Source: Alphaproteobacteria bacterium (GTDB lineage Bacteria > Pseudomonadota > Alphaproteobacteria > UBA7887). From it: 64,000 nucleotides of DNA. The DNA lies in assembly GCA_965216755.1 (NCBI GenBank), contig CBDCGL010000011.1:2784001-2848000 (forward strand), written 5' to 3'. Made by a program: the position numbers and the translations under genes. Shown one piece after another: positions 54,296 through 64,000 of the stretch (its first letter is position 1; every line of letters starts with the position of its first letter). The notes below the pieces were generated by a model. That model ran no database searches. It worked only from the letters and a program-made list of their open reading frames with translations, and had not been told where the DNA came from.

Positions 54296-55792
54296 TTAGC
54301 GCATGGTCGGCATGGTGTAGACGGCGCCTTGGCGAATCCCCGACGGCCAGCGCGCCGTCACCGTCTTGATGCGGGTATAGAAGCGCACCGCATCCATGCC
54401 GTGTGCATTGGAGGACCCGAACAGCGAGCGTTTCCAGCCGCCAAAGCTGTGATAGGCGACCGGCACGGGGATCGGCACATTGACGCCGATCATGCCAATG
54501 TTGGCGCGGTTGGCGAAATCACGCGCCGCGTCGCCATCGCGCGTAAAAATGGCCGCGCCGTTGCCATATTGATTTTCGCGCACCAATTTCAGCGCGCCGT
54601 CATAGTCATCGGCACGGACCACCGACAAGACCGGGCCAAAAATCTCTTGCTGGTAGATATCCATGTCCGGCGTGACCTTGTCGAACAGGCAACCGCCCAT
54701 GAAAAAGCCGTTATCGTAGCCTTGCAGGGTGGTCTCGCGGCCGTCGACCAAAAGCTCGGCGCCTTGAGCAACGCCGGAATCGACCAACCCCTTAATCCGA
54801 TGCAACGCCGCGCCGGTGACCACGGGCCCCATTTCCGCTTCGGGATCGTTATAAGGACCGATCTTAAGGCTCTGCACCCGCGGCACCAGACGGTCGAGCA
54901 ACGGTCCGGCGCTGTCGCCAACCGCAACCGCAACCGACACCGCCATACAGCGCTCGCCGGCGGAACCATAGGCCGCCCCCATCAGCGCATCGGCAGCCTG
55001 ATCCATGTCGGCGTCAGGCATCACCACCATGTGATTCTTCGCGCCACCAAGCGCTTGCACGCGTTTGCCGTGGCCGCTGCCCGTGGCGTAGACATATTCC
55101 GCGATCGGCGTCGAACCGACGAAACTGACCGCCTGAACGCGCGCATCGGTCAGCAGCGTGTCGACCGCTTCTTTGTCGCCGTGAACCACATTCAACACGC
55201 CCTTTGGCGCACCGGCCTCGGTCAGCAACTGCGCGAGCCGTACGGGGCAAGACGGGTCCTTTTCGGATGGCTTCAACACGAACGTATTGCCGCACGCCAC
55301 CGCCAGCGGAAACATCCACAATGGGATCATCGCCGGAAAGTTGAACGGCGTGATACCGGCGACCACCCCCAAAGGTTGGCGCATGGAAAACGAATCGACA
55401 TTGGTACCGACCGCTTCGGTAAATTCGCCCTTCAGCAAATGCGGGATACCGCAGGCGAATTCGACCACTTCAAGACCACGGGTGATCGACCCTTTGGCGT
55501 CGGCGAGCGTCTTGCCATGCTCCTTGCCGACCAGTTCGGCAAGCTCGTCCATGTGGCTTTCGATCAACGATTTGAATCGAAACATCACCCGCGCGCGCTG
55601 GATCGGCGGTGTCGCCGCCCACTCGCCGCTCGCCGCCTCGGCCGCCGCGATTGCCTGGCCAACCGTCGCCGCGCTGGCATAGGCGACATGTCCGGCAACT
55701 TCGCCGGTCGCCGGATTGAAAATCTCACCCTGGCGGTCGCCGACCCCGTCTGCGGCCACACCGTTAATATAGTGGGACACCGTATACGTCAT
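54296..55792 (-). CDS. mmsA: CoA-acylating methylmalonate-semialdehyde dehydrogenase
   Basis: ITPFNFPAM, SFVGSTPIA, GGAKNH, GSAGERCMA, GVNVPIPVP. ATG 55792 after AAGGAGG. Confidence 0.96.
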   Translation of the reverse strand: MTYTVSHYINGVAADGVGDRQGEIFNPATGEVAGHVAYASAATVGQAIAAAEAASGEWAATPPIQRARVMFRFKSLIESHMDELAELVGKEHGKTLADAKGSITRGLEVVEFACGIPHLLKGEFTEAVGTNVDSFSMRQPLGVVAGITPFNFPAMIPLWMFPLAVACGNTFVLKPSEKDPSCPVRLAQLLTEAGAPKGVLNVVHGDKEAVDTLLTDARVQAVSFVGSTPIAEYVYATGSGHGKRVQALGGAKNHMVVMPDADMDQAADALMGAAYGSAGERCMAVSVAVAVGDSAGPLLDRLVPRVQSLKIGPYNDPEAEMGPVVTGAALHRIKGLVDSGVAQGAELLVDGRETTLQGYDNGFFMGGCLFDKVTPDMDIYQQEIFGPVLSVVRADDYDGALKLVRENQYGNGAAIFTRDGDAARDFANRANIGMIGVNVPIPVPVAYHSFGGWKRSLFGSSNAHGMDAVRFYTRIKTVTARWPSGIRQGAVYTMPTMR

Positions 55793-55868
55793 CTCGTTGC
55801 CTCCTTGGTCGTCCGACGTCCCACGCCGGCCGCGTTCTAACGTGATCACCCAAGCGGTCGTGGCCCGC

Positions 55869-56990
55869 CTACAAGTAGCCGAGTTCGCGCCACTCCGCAT
55901 AGTTGGTGCGGAATTCTTGCAGCGACTCCCAGGCGCGGGCGAAATCCGGATCTTTCTCCGCTTCTTCCGCGGCCACCTCGACCCAGGCGGATTCAAACGC
56001 CGCCAGCATAGTGTCGTCCCATTGGTGCAAGACGACGCCTTTCTCCTTCAAGAATTCTAATGCTGGCACCTGCAAGGCCTCGCCTTCGGCGATGCTCCGT
56101 CGCACACTGTTGCCGCAAGCCGATTCAAACTGCCGCTGCTGTGCCGTCGGCAACGCATTCCACTTGTCCAAATTGACGATCATGTCGGCCCACGTCGACT
56201 GTTGATGCCAACCCGGGAAGTAATAATGCTTGGCGACTTGGTAAAAGCCGAGGTCGCGATCGATCGCCGGGCTGGCATACTCGGTCGCGTCAATCGTCCC
56301 GAGTTCCAGGGCCGGAAAAATGTCGCCACCGGCGAGCAACTGGGTGGAAACACCAAGCTTCTCCATGACCCGCGCACCCAGGGCGAAAAAGCGCATTTTG
56401 AGGCCCTTTAGGTCGTCCGGCGACGTGATTTCTTTGCGGAACCAGCCAGACGCCTCGGGCGGAAACAGGCCACACAAGACGCCCTTGATATTGTGCTTGG
56501 CGTAAATCTCGTCATAGATCTCTTGGCCACCGCCATAGTAGATCCACGCCATGTATTCGGCCGATGCCGGACCGAATGGCACCGACGCGAAAATTTGCAG
56601 TGCCGGCGCCTTGCCGGCCCAGAAACCCGGTGTCGCCCAGCCGACATCGATCGAACCGCTGGATACTGCGTCGAAGATCTCCAGCGCGGGAACCAAGGCG
56701 CCCGGTTCATAGAACTGCAATTTCAGCTGTCCGTCCGACATGGCGTCGAGATTGGTGACGAAATCTTTGGCCAGCGGCCCCAAGATCGGCGTTGTACCGG
56801 CATAGGCACTGGCAAGCTTCCAACGCGTCTTTGATCCGCCGGCAGCGACCTCGGGCGCCGCAGCGTCGGTCTCGGCCGTGGCTGTGGCCGTGTCGGTCGT
56901 TGTCTGTTGGCCGGGGCCGAAGGCATAACGATCCACCAACACACCAGCGACGATGCCGATAATTAGGCCCGCGATGAGTCCTCCGCGCAT
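55869..56990 (-). CDS. TRAP transporter substrate-binding protein (DctP/TakP-like)
   Basis: PGALVPALE, GWFRKEI..PDDLKGLKMR, LELGTIDATE, YYFPGWHQ. Confidence 0.92.
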   Translation of the reverse strand: MRGGLIAGLIIGIVAGVLVDRYAFGPGQQTTTDTATATAETDAAAPEVAAGGSKTRWKLASAYAGTTPILGPLAKDFVTNLDAMSDGQLKLQFYEPGALVPALEIFDAVSSGSIDVGWATPGFWAGKAPALQIFASVPFGPASAEYMAWIYYGGGQEIYDEIYAKHNIKGVLCGLFPPEASGWFRKEITSPDDLKGLKMRFFALGARVMEKLGVSTQLLAGGDIFPALELGTIDATEYASPAIDRDLGFYQVAKHYYFPGWHQQSTWADMIVNLDKWNALPTAQQRQFESACGNSVRRSIAEGEALQVPALEFLKEKGVVLHQWDDTMLAAFESAWVEVAAEEAEKDPDFARAWESLQEFRTNYAEWRELGYL

Positions 56991-57126
56991 GGCTCCCTCC
57001 CGATGGTCATGAGCTGATTGTGGACAAGACGGGGCGTCGCGATACGGACGAAGGCTTCATCTGATTCGTTGACGCCACGTGCCTGGCTACAATAGTGCAA
57101 ATGTCGCGTCAGGTCAGCTCTCGGCG

Positions 57127-58092
57127 TCAGCCCGCGACGGGCAGACCACCATGGCTGACCAAAACCGCCACATAGCCGCAATAAAGTAAAACCATAACCA
57201 CGCCATGACCCCGGTTCAGGCGCTGCGCCCACAAGGCCAATCCGACCAAGGCCGCGGTGACCGCCATCATGATCCACAGATCGAACGCGACCAAGGGCAC
57301 CGGCACCGGCACCGGCTGGACGACCGCGCTGGCGCCGGCAATGCCGTACATGTTGAACATGTTGCTGCCCATGGCGTTGCCGATCGACAAGGCCGCTTGC
57401 CCACGCAGCGCGGCCATGACCGAGGCAGCAAGTTCCGGCAACGACGTGCCCAAGGCGATCAAGGTCAACCCGATCACCGCTTCCGACAGGCCGGCCATCC
57501 GCGCGATCGCGACCGCACCTTCGACCAGGAAGTGGGCGCCGAACACCACACCCACGAGTCCGGCAACGGTCAACAGGGCCGCGACCGGGAAGGATTGGCC
57601 CGTGCCTTCCAATTCCGCGACCGCCTCGATGCCACCACCGGCGGCCGACAAGCGCCTTGCGGCGCGGAACGACCAAGTTGTATAGGTGACGATCGCCAAC
57701 ACCATAATCGCACCGACCAAGCGCGAGATCGTGCCGAACTGGCACAGAACCACAAACGCGACCGTGCCGATGATGAGCGCCCACCCATCCCGGCGCAAGG
57801 TCTGAGGATCCGCGACCACCGGCGACATGGCGGCGGCGACACCGACGATCAGCAACACGTTCGCCGTGTTGGAACCGATCACGTTACCCAGAACAATGTC
57901 GGGATGCCCGGTCAGCGCCGCTTGCACGCACACCACAAGTTCCGGCGCCGATGTGCCAATGGCAACCACGGTCAAACCGATCACCATCGGCGTCACACCA
58001 AGGCGCCGCGCCAACGTCACCGCGCCCCGCACCAACCCCTCGCCGCCGGCGATCAATAGAACGATGCCGGCGCCGACATAAACAAAACTCAT
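57127..58092 (-). CDS. Calcium/sodium antiporter (YrbG-like)
   Basis: Alpha repeats GTSAPE..GNVIGSN and GTSLPE..GNAMGSN. Confidence 0.93.
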   Translation of the reverse strand: MSFVYVGAGIVLLIAGGEGLVRGAVTLARRLGVTPMVIGLTVVAIGTSAPELVVCVQAALTGHPDIVLGNVIGSNTANVLLIVGVAAAMSPVVADPQTLRRDGWALIIGTVAFVVLCQFGTISRLVGAIMVLAIVTYTTWSFRAARRLSAAGGGIEAVAELEGTGQSFPVAALLTVAGLVGVVFGAHFLVEGAVAIARMAGLSEAVIGLTLIALGTSLPELAASVMAALRGQAALSIGNAMGSNMFNMYGIAGASAVVQPVPVPVPLVAFDLWIMMAVTAALVGLALWAQRLNRGHGVVMVLLYCGYVAVLVSHGGLPVAG

Positions 58093-58152
58093 GAAAGACC
58101 GTCCACAAAGGCGGACATTACAGCATCAATGTAGCGAGGCGAAACGCGGCGT

Positions 58153-58932
58153 TTAGCGCCGCGCCACCATCATCTTTTTGATTTCGGCGATGGCTTTGCC
58201 GGGATTGAGCCCCTTCGGGCAGGTGTTGGTGCAGTTCATGATCGTGTGGCAACGGTACAGCCGATACGGATCTTCCAAATCATCAAGCCGTTCACCGGCG
58301 GCTTCATCGCGGCTGTCCGCCAACCACCGATAGGCCTGCAATAACACCGCCGGGCCCAAATAGCGATCGCCATTCCACCAATAGCTCGGACAACTTGTCG
58401 AGCAACAGAAACACAGAATGCATTCGTAGAGCCCATCCAGCCGCTTGCGATCATCTGGCGATTGCCGGCGCTCACGGTCAGGCGGCGGCGGCGTTCGCGA
58501 CTGCAACCAGGGCTTGATTGATTCATACTGGGCATAGACGGCGGTTAGATCGGGGACCAAGTCCTTGATCACCGGCAAGTGCGGCAATGGGTAGATTTTA
58601 ATGTCGCCCTTGATGTCGCTGATATACTTGGTGCAGGCGAGCGCATTGGTGCCGTCAATATTCATCGCGCATGAGCCGCAGACCCCTTCGCGACAAGAAC
58701 GGCGGAATGTCAGGGTCGAATCGATCTCGTTTTTGATCTTGATCAGAGCGTCCAGGACCATGGGGCCGCAGCGGTCGAGATCAAGCTCATAGGTGTCGAG
58801 GCGCGGGTTGGCGCCGTCGTCGGGAAACCAACGATAGACCTGAACACGCTTGATTTTTTTTGCACCAGCCGCCGCCTCATATGTGGTGCCCGTGTGCACG
58901 CGGGAATTTGCTGGCAGCGCCATTTCAGCCAT
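58153..58932 (-). CDS. sdhB: Succinate dehydrogenase iron-sulfur subunit
   Basis: [31 protein letters not shown]...CP. Confidence 0.99.
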   Translation of the reverse strand: MAEMALPANSRVHTGTTYEAAAGAKKIKRVQVYRWFPDDGANPRLDTYELDLDRCGPMVLDALIKIKNEIDSTLTFRRSCREGVCGSCAMNIDGTNALACTKYISDIKGDIKIYPLPHLPVIKDLVPDLTAVYAQYESIKPWLQSRTPPPPDRERRQSPDDRKRLDGLYECILCFCCSTSCPSYWWNGDRYLGPAVLLQAYRWLADSRDEAAGERLDDLEDPYRLYRCHTIMNCTNTCPKGLNPGKAIAEIKKMMVARR

Positions 58933-58962
58933 TGTTGTCCGGTCCTCGCTGGTGTGGGAGCG

Positions 58963-60756
58963 CTAGTAGACCCGCGCTTTGGGTGGAAAGGCTTGCACGT
59001 CGTTGCTGAGTGGCGTCATGTGCACCGGTCGATAGTCTATACGCGGCACACCGTCTTCACCGCACCAGGCGATGGTGTGTTTCATCCATTCATCATCATC
59101 GCGTTCCGGGTAGTCCTCGCGGGCATGCGCGCCACGGCTCTCGGTGCGGTTGTGCGCCGACCGCATGGCGACGACGGCCTGGAACATCAGATTGTCCAGC
59201 TCCAAGGTCTCGACCAAATCGGAATTCCAGATCATCGATCGGTCGGCGACCTTCAGCGCCTCACGCTGCGCCCAAAGCGCGGTCATGTTCTCAACGCCTT
59301 CGGTCAGCACATCGCCGGTGCGAAACACCGCGCAGTGACTTTGCATCAACCGCTGCATGTCCAAGCGCAGGGCCGCCGTCGGCGTTTGGCCCTTGGCATG
59401 GCGGAACCGGTCCAACCGCGCCAGCGCCTTATCGCTGGCATCATTCGGCAAATCCTTATGGGCCGTGCCGGGCGTGACCACGTCAGCCGCGCGGTCGGCC
59501 GCGGCACGGCCGAAAACCACCAGATCAAGCAAGGAATTTGAACCCAAACGATTGGCGCCGTGCACCGACACGCACGCGGCTTCACCGATTGCCATCAAGC
59601 CGGGCACGATACTGTCCGGATTACCATTGGCGACAGTCACCACCTCGCCATGATAATTGGTTGGCACACCACCCATATTGTAGTGGCAGGTAGGCAACAC
59701 AGGGATCGCTTCGTGGGTCACGTCCACACCGGCGAAGATACGCGCCGTCTCGGCGATCCCCGGCAGCCGTTCGTTGATCAAATCCGCATCCAAATGTTCG
59801 AGATGCAGATGAATGTGATCCTTTGACTCGCCGATGCCGCGGCCCTCGCGGATTTCGATCGTCATGGCGCGACTTACCACGTCGCGCGAGGCCAAATCCT
59901 TGGCGCTCGGCGCATAGCGCTCCATGAAGCGCTCGCCTTCCGAATTGGTCAAATAGCCGCCTTCGCCGCGCACGCCTTCGGTGATCAGGCAGCCCGCGCC
60001 ATAAATCCCAGTCGGGTGGAACTGGACAAATTCCATGTCCTGACACGGCAAGCCGGCGCGCAGCACCATGGCGTTGCCGTCGCCGGTGCAGGTGTGCGCG
60101 GAGGTACAAGAGAAATACGCGCGACCATAGCCGCCGGTGGCCAGAACCACACTGTGGGCGCGAAACCGGTGAATCGTGCCGTCGTCCAAGTTCCACGCCA
60201 TGACACCGCGGCAGGTGCCATCGTCATCGTCCATGATCAGGTCGAGGGCGACATACTCGATGAAAAACTCAGCATGGTGACGCAAAGATTGCTGATACAA
60301 GGTGTGCAGGATGGCATGGCCCGTGCGGTCGGCCGCGGCACAGGTCCGTTGCGCGGTGCCTTCACCAAAATGGGTGGTCATGCCACCAAAAGCGCGTTGA
60401 TAGATTTTGCCCTCGGGCGTGCGCGAAAACGGCACGCCGTAATGCTCCAGTTCGACAATCGCCGGCACGGCTTCGCGACACATATACTCGATGGCGTCCT
60501 GATCGCCCAGCCAGTCCGACCCCTTGACGGTGTCGTACATATGCCAGCGCCAGTCGTCTTCGCCCATATTGCCAAGCGCGGCGGAAATACCGCCTTGGGC
60601 GGCCACGGTGTGGCTGCGTGTCGGAAACACCTTGGTCAGGCAAGCGGTCTTAAGGCCTTTCTCCGCCATGCCGAACGTCGCCCGCAGACCGGCGCCACCG
60701 GCGCCAATCACCACTACGTCATAGCTATGATCGATAACCGTGTACGCTTTCGTCAT
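58963..60756 (-). CDS. sdhA: Succinate dehydrogenase flavoprotein subunit
   Basis: [39 protein letters not shown]. Confidence 0.99.
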   Translation of the reverse strand: MTKAYTVIDHSYDVVVIGAGGAGLRATFGMAEKGLKTACLTKVFPTRSHTVAAQGGISAALGNMGEDDWRWHMYDTVKGSDWLGDQDAIEYMCREAVPAIVELEHYGVPFSRTPEGKIYQRAFGGMTTHFGEGTAQRTCAAADRTGHAILHTLYQQSLRHHAEFFIEYVALDLIMDDDDGTCRGVMAWNLDDGTIHRFRAHSVVLATGGYGRAYFSCTSAHTCTGDGNAMVLRAGLPCQDMEFVQFHPTGIYGAGCLITEGVRGEGGYLTNSEGERFMERYAPSAKDLASRDVVSRAMTIEIREGRGIGESKDHIHLHLEHLDADLINERLPGIAETARIFAGVDVTHEAIPVLPTCHYNMGGVPTNYHGEVVTVANGNPDSIVPGLMAIGEAACVSVHGANRLGSNSLLDLVVFGRAAADRAADVVTPGTAHKDLPNDASDKALARLDRFRHAKGQTPTAALRLDMQRLMQSHCAVFRTGDVLTEGVENMTALWAQREALKVADRSMIWNSDLVETLELDNLMFQAVVAMRSAHNRTESRGAHAREDYPERDDDEWMKHTIAWCGEDGVPRIDYRPVHMTPLSNDVQAFPPKARVY

Positions 60757-61136
60757 GTCGTTCCCAACGTGATTTTGACCACGGCGAGCACGCAGGCGAC
60801 CGCCAGCAAGAAATTTGCGAACAGGTTGCCCATCAACAACACCAGGCGCAGCGCGCCATAGTTGACATAATCTTCAATCACCACCTGCAAGCCCAGTTTG
60901 GCGTGATAAAACATGGCGATGATCAGGGCGATCATCAGTACCGCGACCAAGGGGTGCGCCAACCAAGCCCGAACCGTGTCATGACCACCGCCGGCCATGA
61001 ATGCCACCGAGACAACAAACCAAAAAGCGAGCGGCACCAGCGCGATGGCGGTTACACGCTGCGCCCACCAATGGCCCGGGCCTTCCTTTGCCGCGCCCAG
61101 GCCCAATGCCCGGCGCAGCGGCGCGTCCATGGTCAT
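60753..61136 (-). CDS. sdhD: Succinate dehydrogenase membrane anchor
   Basis: [31 protein letters not shown]. Confidence 0.96.
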   Translation of the reverse strand: MTMDAPLRRALGLGAAKEGPGHWWAQRVTAIALVPLAFWFVVSVAFMAGGGHDTVRAWLAHPLVAVLMIALIIAMFYHAKLGLQVVIEDYVNYGALRLVLLMGNLFANFLLAVACVLAVVKITLGTT

Positions 61137-61528
61137 GCTGCCCCCATGACGGTCAGACCGATCGCCCATGCAACGATCGTCAATATGGCGGTCACGATCA
61201 ACACCGTCCAGCCCGACCGGTAAACCGACGCGATCTCCAGCCCAAGCCCCGCGTCCCAGAACAAATGCCGGATGCCATTGCATAAATGATAGAACAGCGC
61301 CACCGACCACGCGAATAGAACCAGCATGCCAAGCCACGAACCGACCAAAGCTTGGGCGCTGGCAAACGCATCCGCACCGGATGCTGCCGCGATCAACCAA
61401 TAGGCCAGCAACAAAGTCCCAAGCGCCAGGCCGACCCCCGTGATCCGGTGCAAGATCGAAAGGGTCGACGTGATCTGCGGGCGATAGACCTGCAGATGGG
61501 GCGAGAGCGGCCGATCCGCCTGCGCCAT
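61133..61528 (-). CDS. sdhC: Succinate dehydrogenase cytochrome b556 subunit
   Basis: RPLSPHLQVY, SILHRITG, YHLCNGIRHLFWD. Confidence 0.98.
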   Translation of the reverse strand: MAQADRPLSPHLQVYRPQITSTLSILHRITGVGLALGTLLLAYWLIAAASGADAFASAQALVGSWLGMLVLFAWSVALFYHLCNGIRHLFWDAGLGLEIASVYRSGWTVLIVTAILTIVAWAIGLTVMGAA

Positions 61529-61680
61529 GTTCCATCACCTCTCGTTCGAAGTCGCGCGCGGCATCGCGCAGCAAAGATGATTACGAAGTAGACCGCTGAA
61601 CCGTTTAAGTCAACGATCCGCCCCGGCCGTGTGCCATTATCCGCCCCGGTGCAGGCCACACTGTGTGGGACGCGTTGCCC

Positions 61681-62520
61681 ATGAACGTCTTGTCAATCCA
61701 GTCCTCTGTCGTCTATGGCCATGTTGGCAACAGCGCCGCGTGCTTTGCGTTGCAACGCTGTGGTCTGACGGTGTGGCCTTTGCACACGGTGCAATTGAGC
61801 ACGCACACCGGTCACCCCGGCTGGCGTGGACAGCGATTTGATGGGGCACATATTGGCGACTTGGTTGCCGGCCTCGCGGCGCTCGGCTGTTTCCACCGTT
61901 GCGACGCCATGTTGAGCGGATATGCCGGTCAAACCGCCACCGTCGCGGCGATCGCCGACGCCAGCGATCGCATGCGGACCGGCAATGCGCGGGCGCTGTA
62001 CCTCTGCGATCCGGTCATCGGCAATCAGACCAAGGGCCTGTTTGTGGCCGCGCAGACTGCCGGCGCGATCCGCGACCAGTTGGTGTGCCGCGCCGACATC
62101 GTTACGCCGAACGCCTTCGAACTCAGTTGGTTGACCGGCCGACCAGTCGCCACAATCGACGACGCCGTTGCCGCCGCCGATTTGCTGCGTGGCCTCGGCC
62201 CGTCAGTGGTCGCCACCACGTCGCTGTCCACTGACACCGGCATCGCCACCCTGATCGCCAAGGCGGACGCGGCGTGGCTGGTCGAAACACCACGGCTTGA
62301 TGTCGCGGCAAACGGCGCGGGCGACGTTTTCGCCGCACTGCTGCTCGGCCAATTGCTCAAGGGTGCTCCCGCCGACACCGCCCTGGCCCGCTCCGTGTCC
62401 GCGTTGTTCACCATTTTGGAAGCGACGGCGGCGGCCGCCAGCCCCGAGTTGCTGTTGGTCCCAAGCCAAGAGGCGTGGGCATCGGGCGCCGCGCGCTTTC
62501 CGGCGCGCAAGATCCGCTAA
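61681..62520 (+). CDS. pdxY: Pyridoxal kinase
   Basis: LSIQS.VVYGHVGNSAA, LCDPVIG, TPNAFEL, GAGDVF. Confidence 0.93.
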   Translation: MNVLSIQSSVVYGHVGNSAACFALQRCGLTVWPLHTVQLSTHTGHPGWRGQRFDGAHIGDLVAGLAALGCFHRCDAMLSGYAGQTATVAAIADASDRMRTGNARALYLCDPVIGNQTKGLFVAAQTAGAIRDQLVCRADIVTPNAFELSWLTGRPVATIDDAVAAADLLRGLGPSVVATTSLSTDTGIATLIAKADAAWLVETPRLDVAANGAGDVFAALLLGQLLKGAPADTALARSVSALFTILEATAAAASPELLLVPSQEAWASGAARFPARKIR

Positions 62521-63530
62521 AGATACTCTTCGGCGAGTGCTTCGGCGATTTGGATCGAATTCAAGGCCGCGCCTTTGCGCAGATTGTCGGACACGACCCA
62601 CATGTTCAAACCGAACGGCACGGTTTCGTCCTGGCGAATGCGGCTGACGAACACGTCATATTCGCCGACACACTCAACCGGCGTGACATAGCCGTTGTTT
62701 TCCGGTTCGTCGACCACGGTCAGCCCCGGCGCCTCGTCCAGCTCCATGCGCGCTTCTTCGACCGTGATCGGTTGTTCAAATTCCACATTCACCGCTTCGG
62801 CGTGACCGACAAAAACCGGCACGCGCACGCAAGTGGCGCTGACGGCGACCGTTGGGTCCAGGATCTTTTGGGTTTCACGGACCATCTTGAGCTCTTCTTT
62901 GCTCGATCCGTCGGGTTGGAAGACGTCGATGTGAGGAATCACGTTAAACGCGATCTGGCGCGGAAACTGCTCGGGCTCGCGATCTTCGTTGAAGTAGATC
63001 TTGCGGGTTTGGTCAAACAACTCATCCATCGCCGACTTGCCGGCGCCGGAAACCGACTGATAGGTCGCCACCACGACTCGCTTGATGTGAGCAAAATCAT
63101 GAAGCGGTCGCAGTGCCACCACCATTTGAATGGTCGAGCAATTGGGGTTGGCAATGATGTTGCGATCGCGATAGCCACTAAGGGCATCGCGATTGACTTC
63201 CGGCACGACCAACGGCACATCAGGGTCCATGCGAAACTGCGACGTGTTGTCGATGACCACGCAACCGGCGTCGGCCGCGCGCGGCGCATGGACGGCCGAT
63301 ACCTTGGCGCCCGGCGAAAACAAGCCGATGTCGTAGCCCCTAAAGTCGAAATCGTCCAGGCTCCGGACTTTCAGGACATCGTCGTCGCCGAATGAAACCT
63401 CTCGTCCCACAGATGACGCCGAGGCCACCGCCGCGACTTCGTCGACCGGGAACTGACGCTCGGCAAGGATGTTCAACATCTCGCGGCCGACATTGCCGGT
63501 CGCGCCCACAACCGCCACTCGATAACCCAT
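62517..63530 (-). CDS. asd: Aspartate-semialdehyde dehydrogenase
   Basis: VGATGNVG, IANPNCST, TYQSVSGAG, DNLRKGAALN. Confidence 0.98.
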   Translation of the reverse strand: MGYRVAVVGATGNVGREMLNILAERQFPVDEVAAVASASSVGREVSFGDDDVLKVRSLDDFDFRGYDIGLFSPGAKVSAVHAPRAADAGCVVIDNTSQFRMDPDVPLVVPEVNRDALSGYRDRNIIANPNCSTIQMVVALRPLHDFAHIKRVVVATYQSVSGAGKSAMDELFDQTRKIYFNEDREPEQFPRQIAFNVIPHIDVFQPDGSSKEELKMVRETQKILDPTVAVSATCVRVPVFVGHAEAVNVEFEQPITVEEARMELDEAPGLTVVDEPENNGYVTPVECVGEYDVFVSRIRQDETVPFGLNMWVVSDNLRKGAALNSIQIAEALAEEYL

Positions 63531-63576
63531 GATACTCTTCCCGCTCGCTAACCGTTCTTGCTAATGTTTCCGCATT

Positions 63577-63921
63577 ATGGCGAACAAAATCACGACGTAT
63601 CGCGAATTTTGGCCCTATTATTTGGCCGAACATCGCCGCCCGGCCACGCGCCTGTTGCATTACATCGGTACAGGCGTGGGCATCGCATTCCTGATCGCCT
63701 TCGCGCTAACCGCGAATTTGTGGTTCGTCCCCTGCGCGATCGTGGCAGGCTATGCGTTCGCCTGGGCCGGTCACGCGTTCGTCGAACACAATCGTCCGGC
63801 GACGTTTACTTATCCGACTTGGTCTCTGGTAAGCGATTTCCGCATGTTCTTCCTCGCGCTCAGCGGCGGTCTCGGAAAGGAACTGGACCGCCACGCCATC
63901 GACCAAGTCCGGCCACGTTAG
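63577..63921 (+). CDS. DUF962 (Mpo1-like) membrane protein
   Basis: EFWPYYLAEH..P.TR.LHY.G, GYAFAW.GH.FVEHNRPATF.YP.WSL..DFRM. Confidence 0.88.
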   Translation: MANKITTYREFWPYYLAEHRRPATRLLHYIGTGVGIAFLIAFALTANLWFVPCAIVAGYAFAWAGHAFVEHNRPATFTYPTWSLVSDFRMFFLALSGGLGKELDRHAIDQVRPR

Positions 63922-64000
63922 GCGGCCAACTTATCAAGCTCGCTGGTAATCGCCTCGCCCATCACCGCCGTTGACACCCGCGCCATGCCGGGCTGCATGA
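63918..64000 (-). CDS. leuB: 3-isopropylmalate dehydrogenase, 3' end only
   Basis: ...MQPGMARVSTAVMGEAITSELDKLAA* matches the LeuB C-terminus, and leuB commonly precedes asd. Confidence 0.7.
   Translation of the reverse strand, partial: MQPGMARVSTAVMGEAITSELDKLAA

Overview
GC-rich alphaproteobacterial chromosome segment (gene order and proteins look Rhodospirillales-like). Most of it is core housekeeping: polA; rplU-rpmA-obgE-proB-proA-nadD-rsfS-gpmI-envC-ctpA-divergent deacetylase-rppH; xerC, tal, priA; atpHAGDC; zapE-mdh-sucCD-sucAB-lpdA; sdhCDAB; pdxY, asd and the 3' end of leuB. There are two accessory regions. Region 1 (~5.1-18.6 kb) has a LysR gene and an orphan 24-aa pqqA missed by the ORF track. 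It also has a perfect 37-bp inverted repeat, an FNR-box-preceded small ORF upstream of a pcm/spermidine-synthase-like pair, a BKACE catabolic trio beside tRNA-Ser(CGA), and an lvaABC-like module. Region 2 (~40.4-44.0 kb, between the atp and lpdA operons) is a cluster of secreted-protein genes and holds the best candidate for an undescribed system. That candidate is a secreted 170-aa protein with three exact-period 36-aa Asn/Gln/Gly-ladder repeats and a C-terminal Cys pair, followed across a stem-loop by a secreted 101-aa partner carrying one circularly permuted, Cys-bracketed copy of the repeat. This looks like a major-subunit plus nucleator/cap pair for a beta-solenoid (functional amyloid-like) fibre, distinct in sequence from curli and Fap. 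Next to it are a secreted trypsin-like protease and a separate gene encoding only a propeptide-like module. No CRISPR array, rRNA, transposase or prophage gene was seen. All calls come from reading motifs by eye; no database searches were run.
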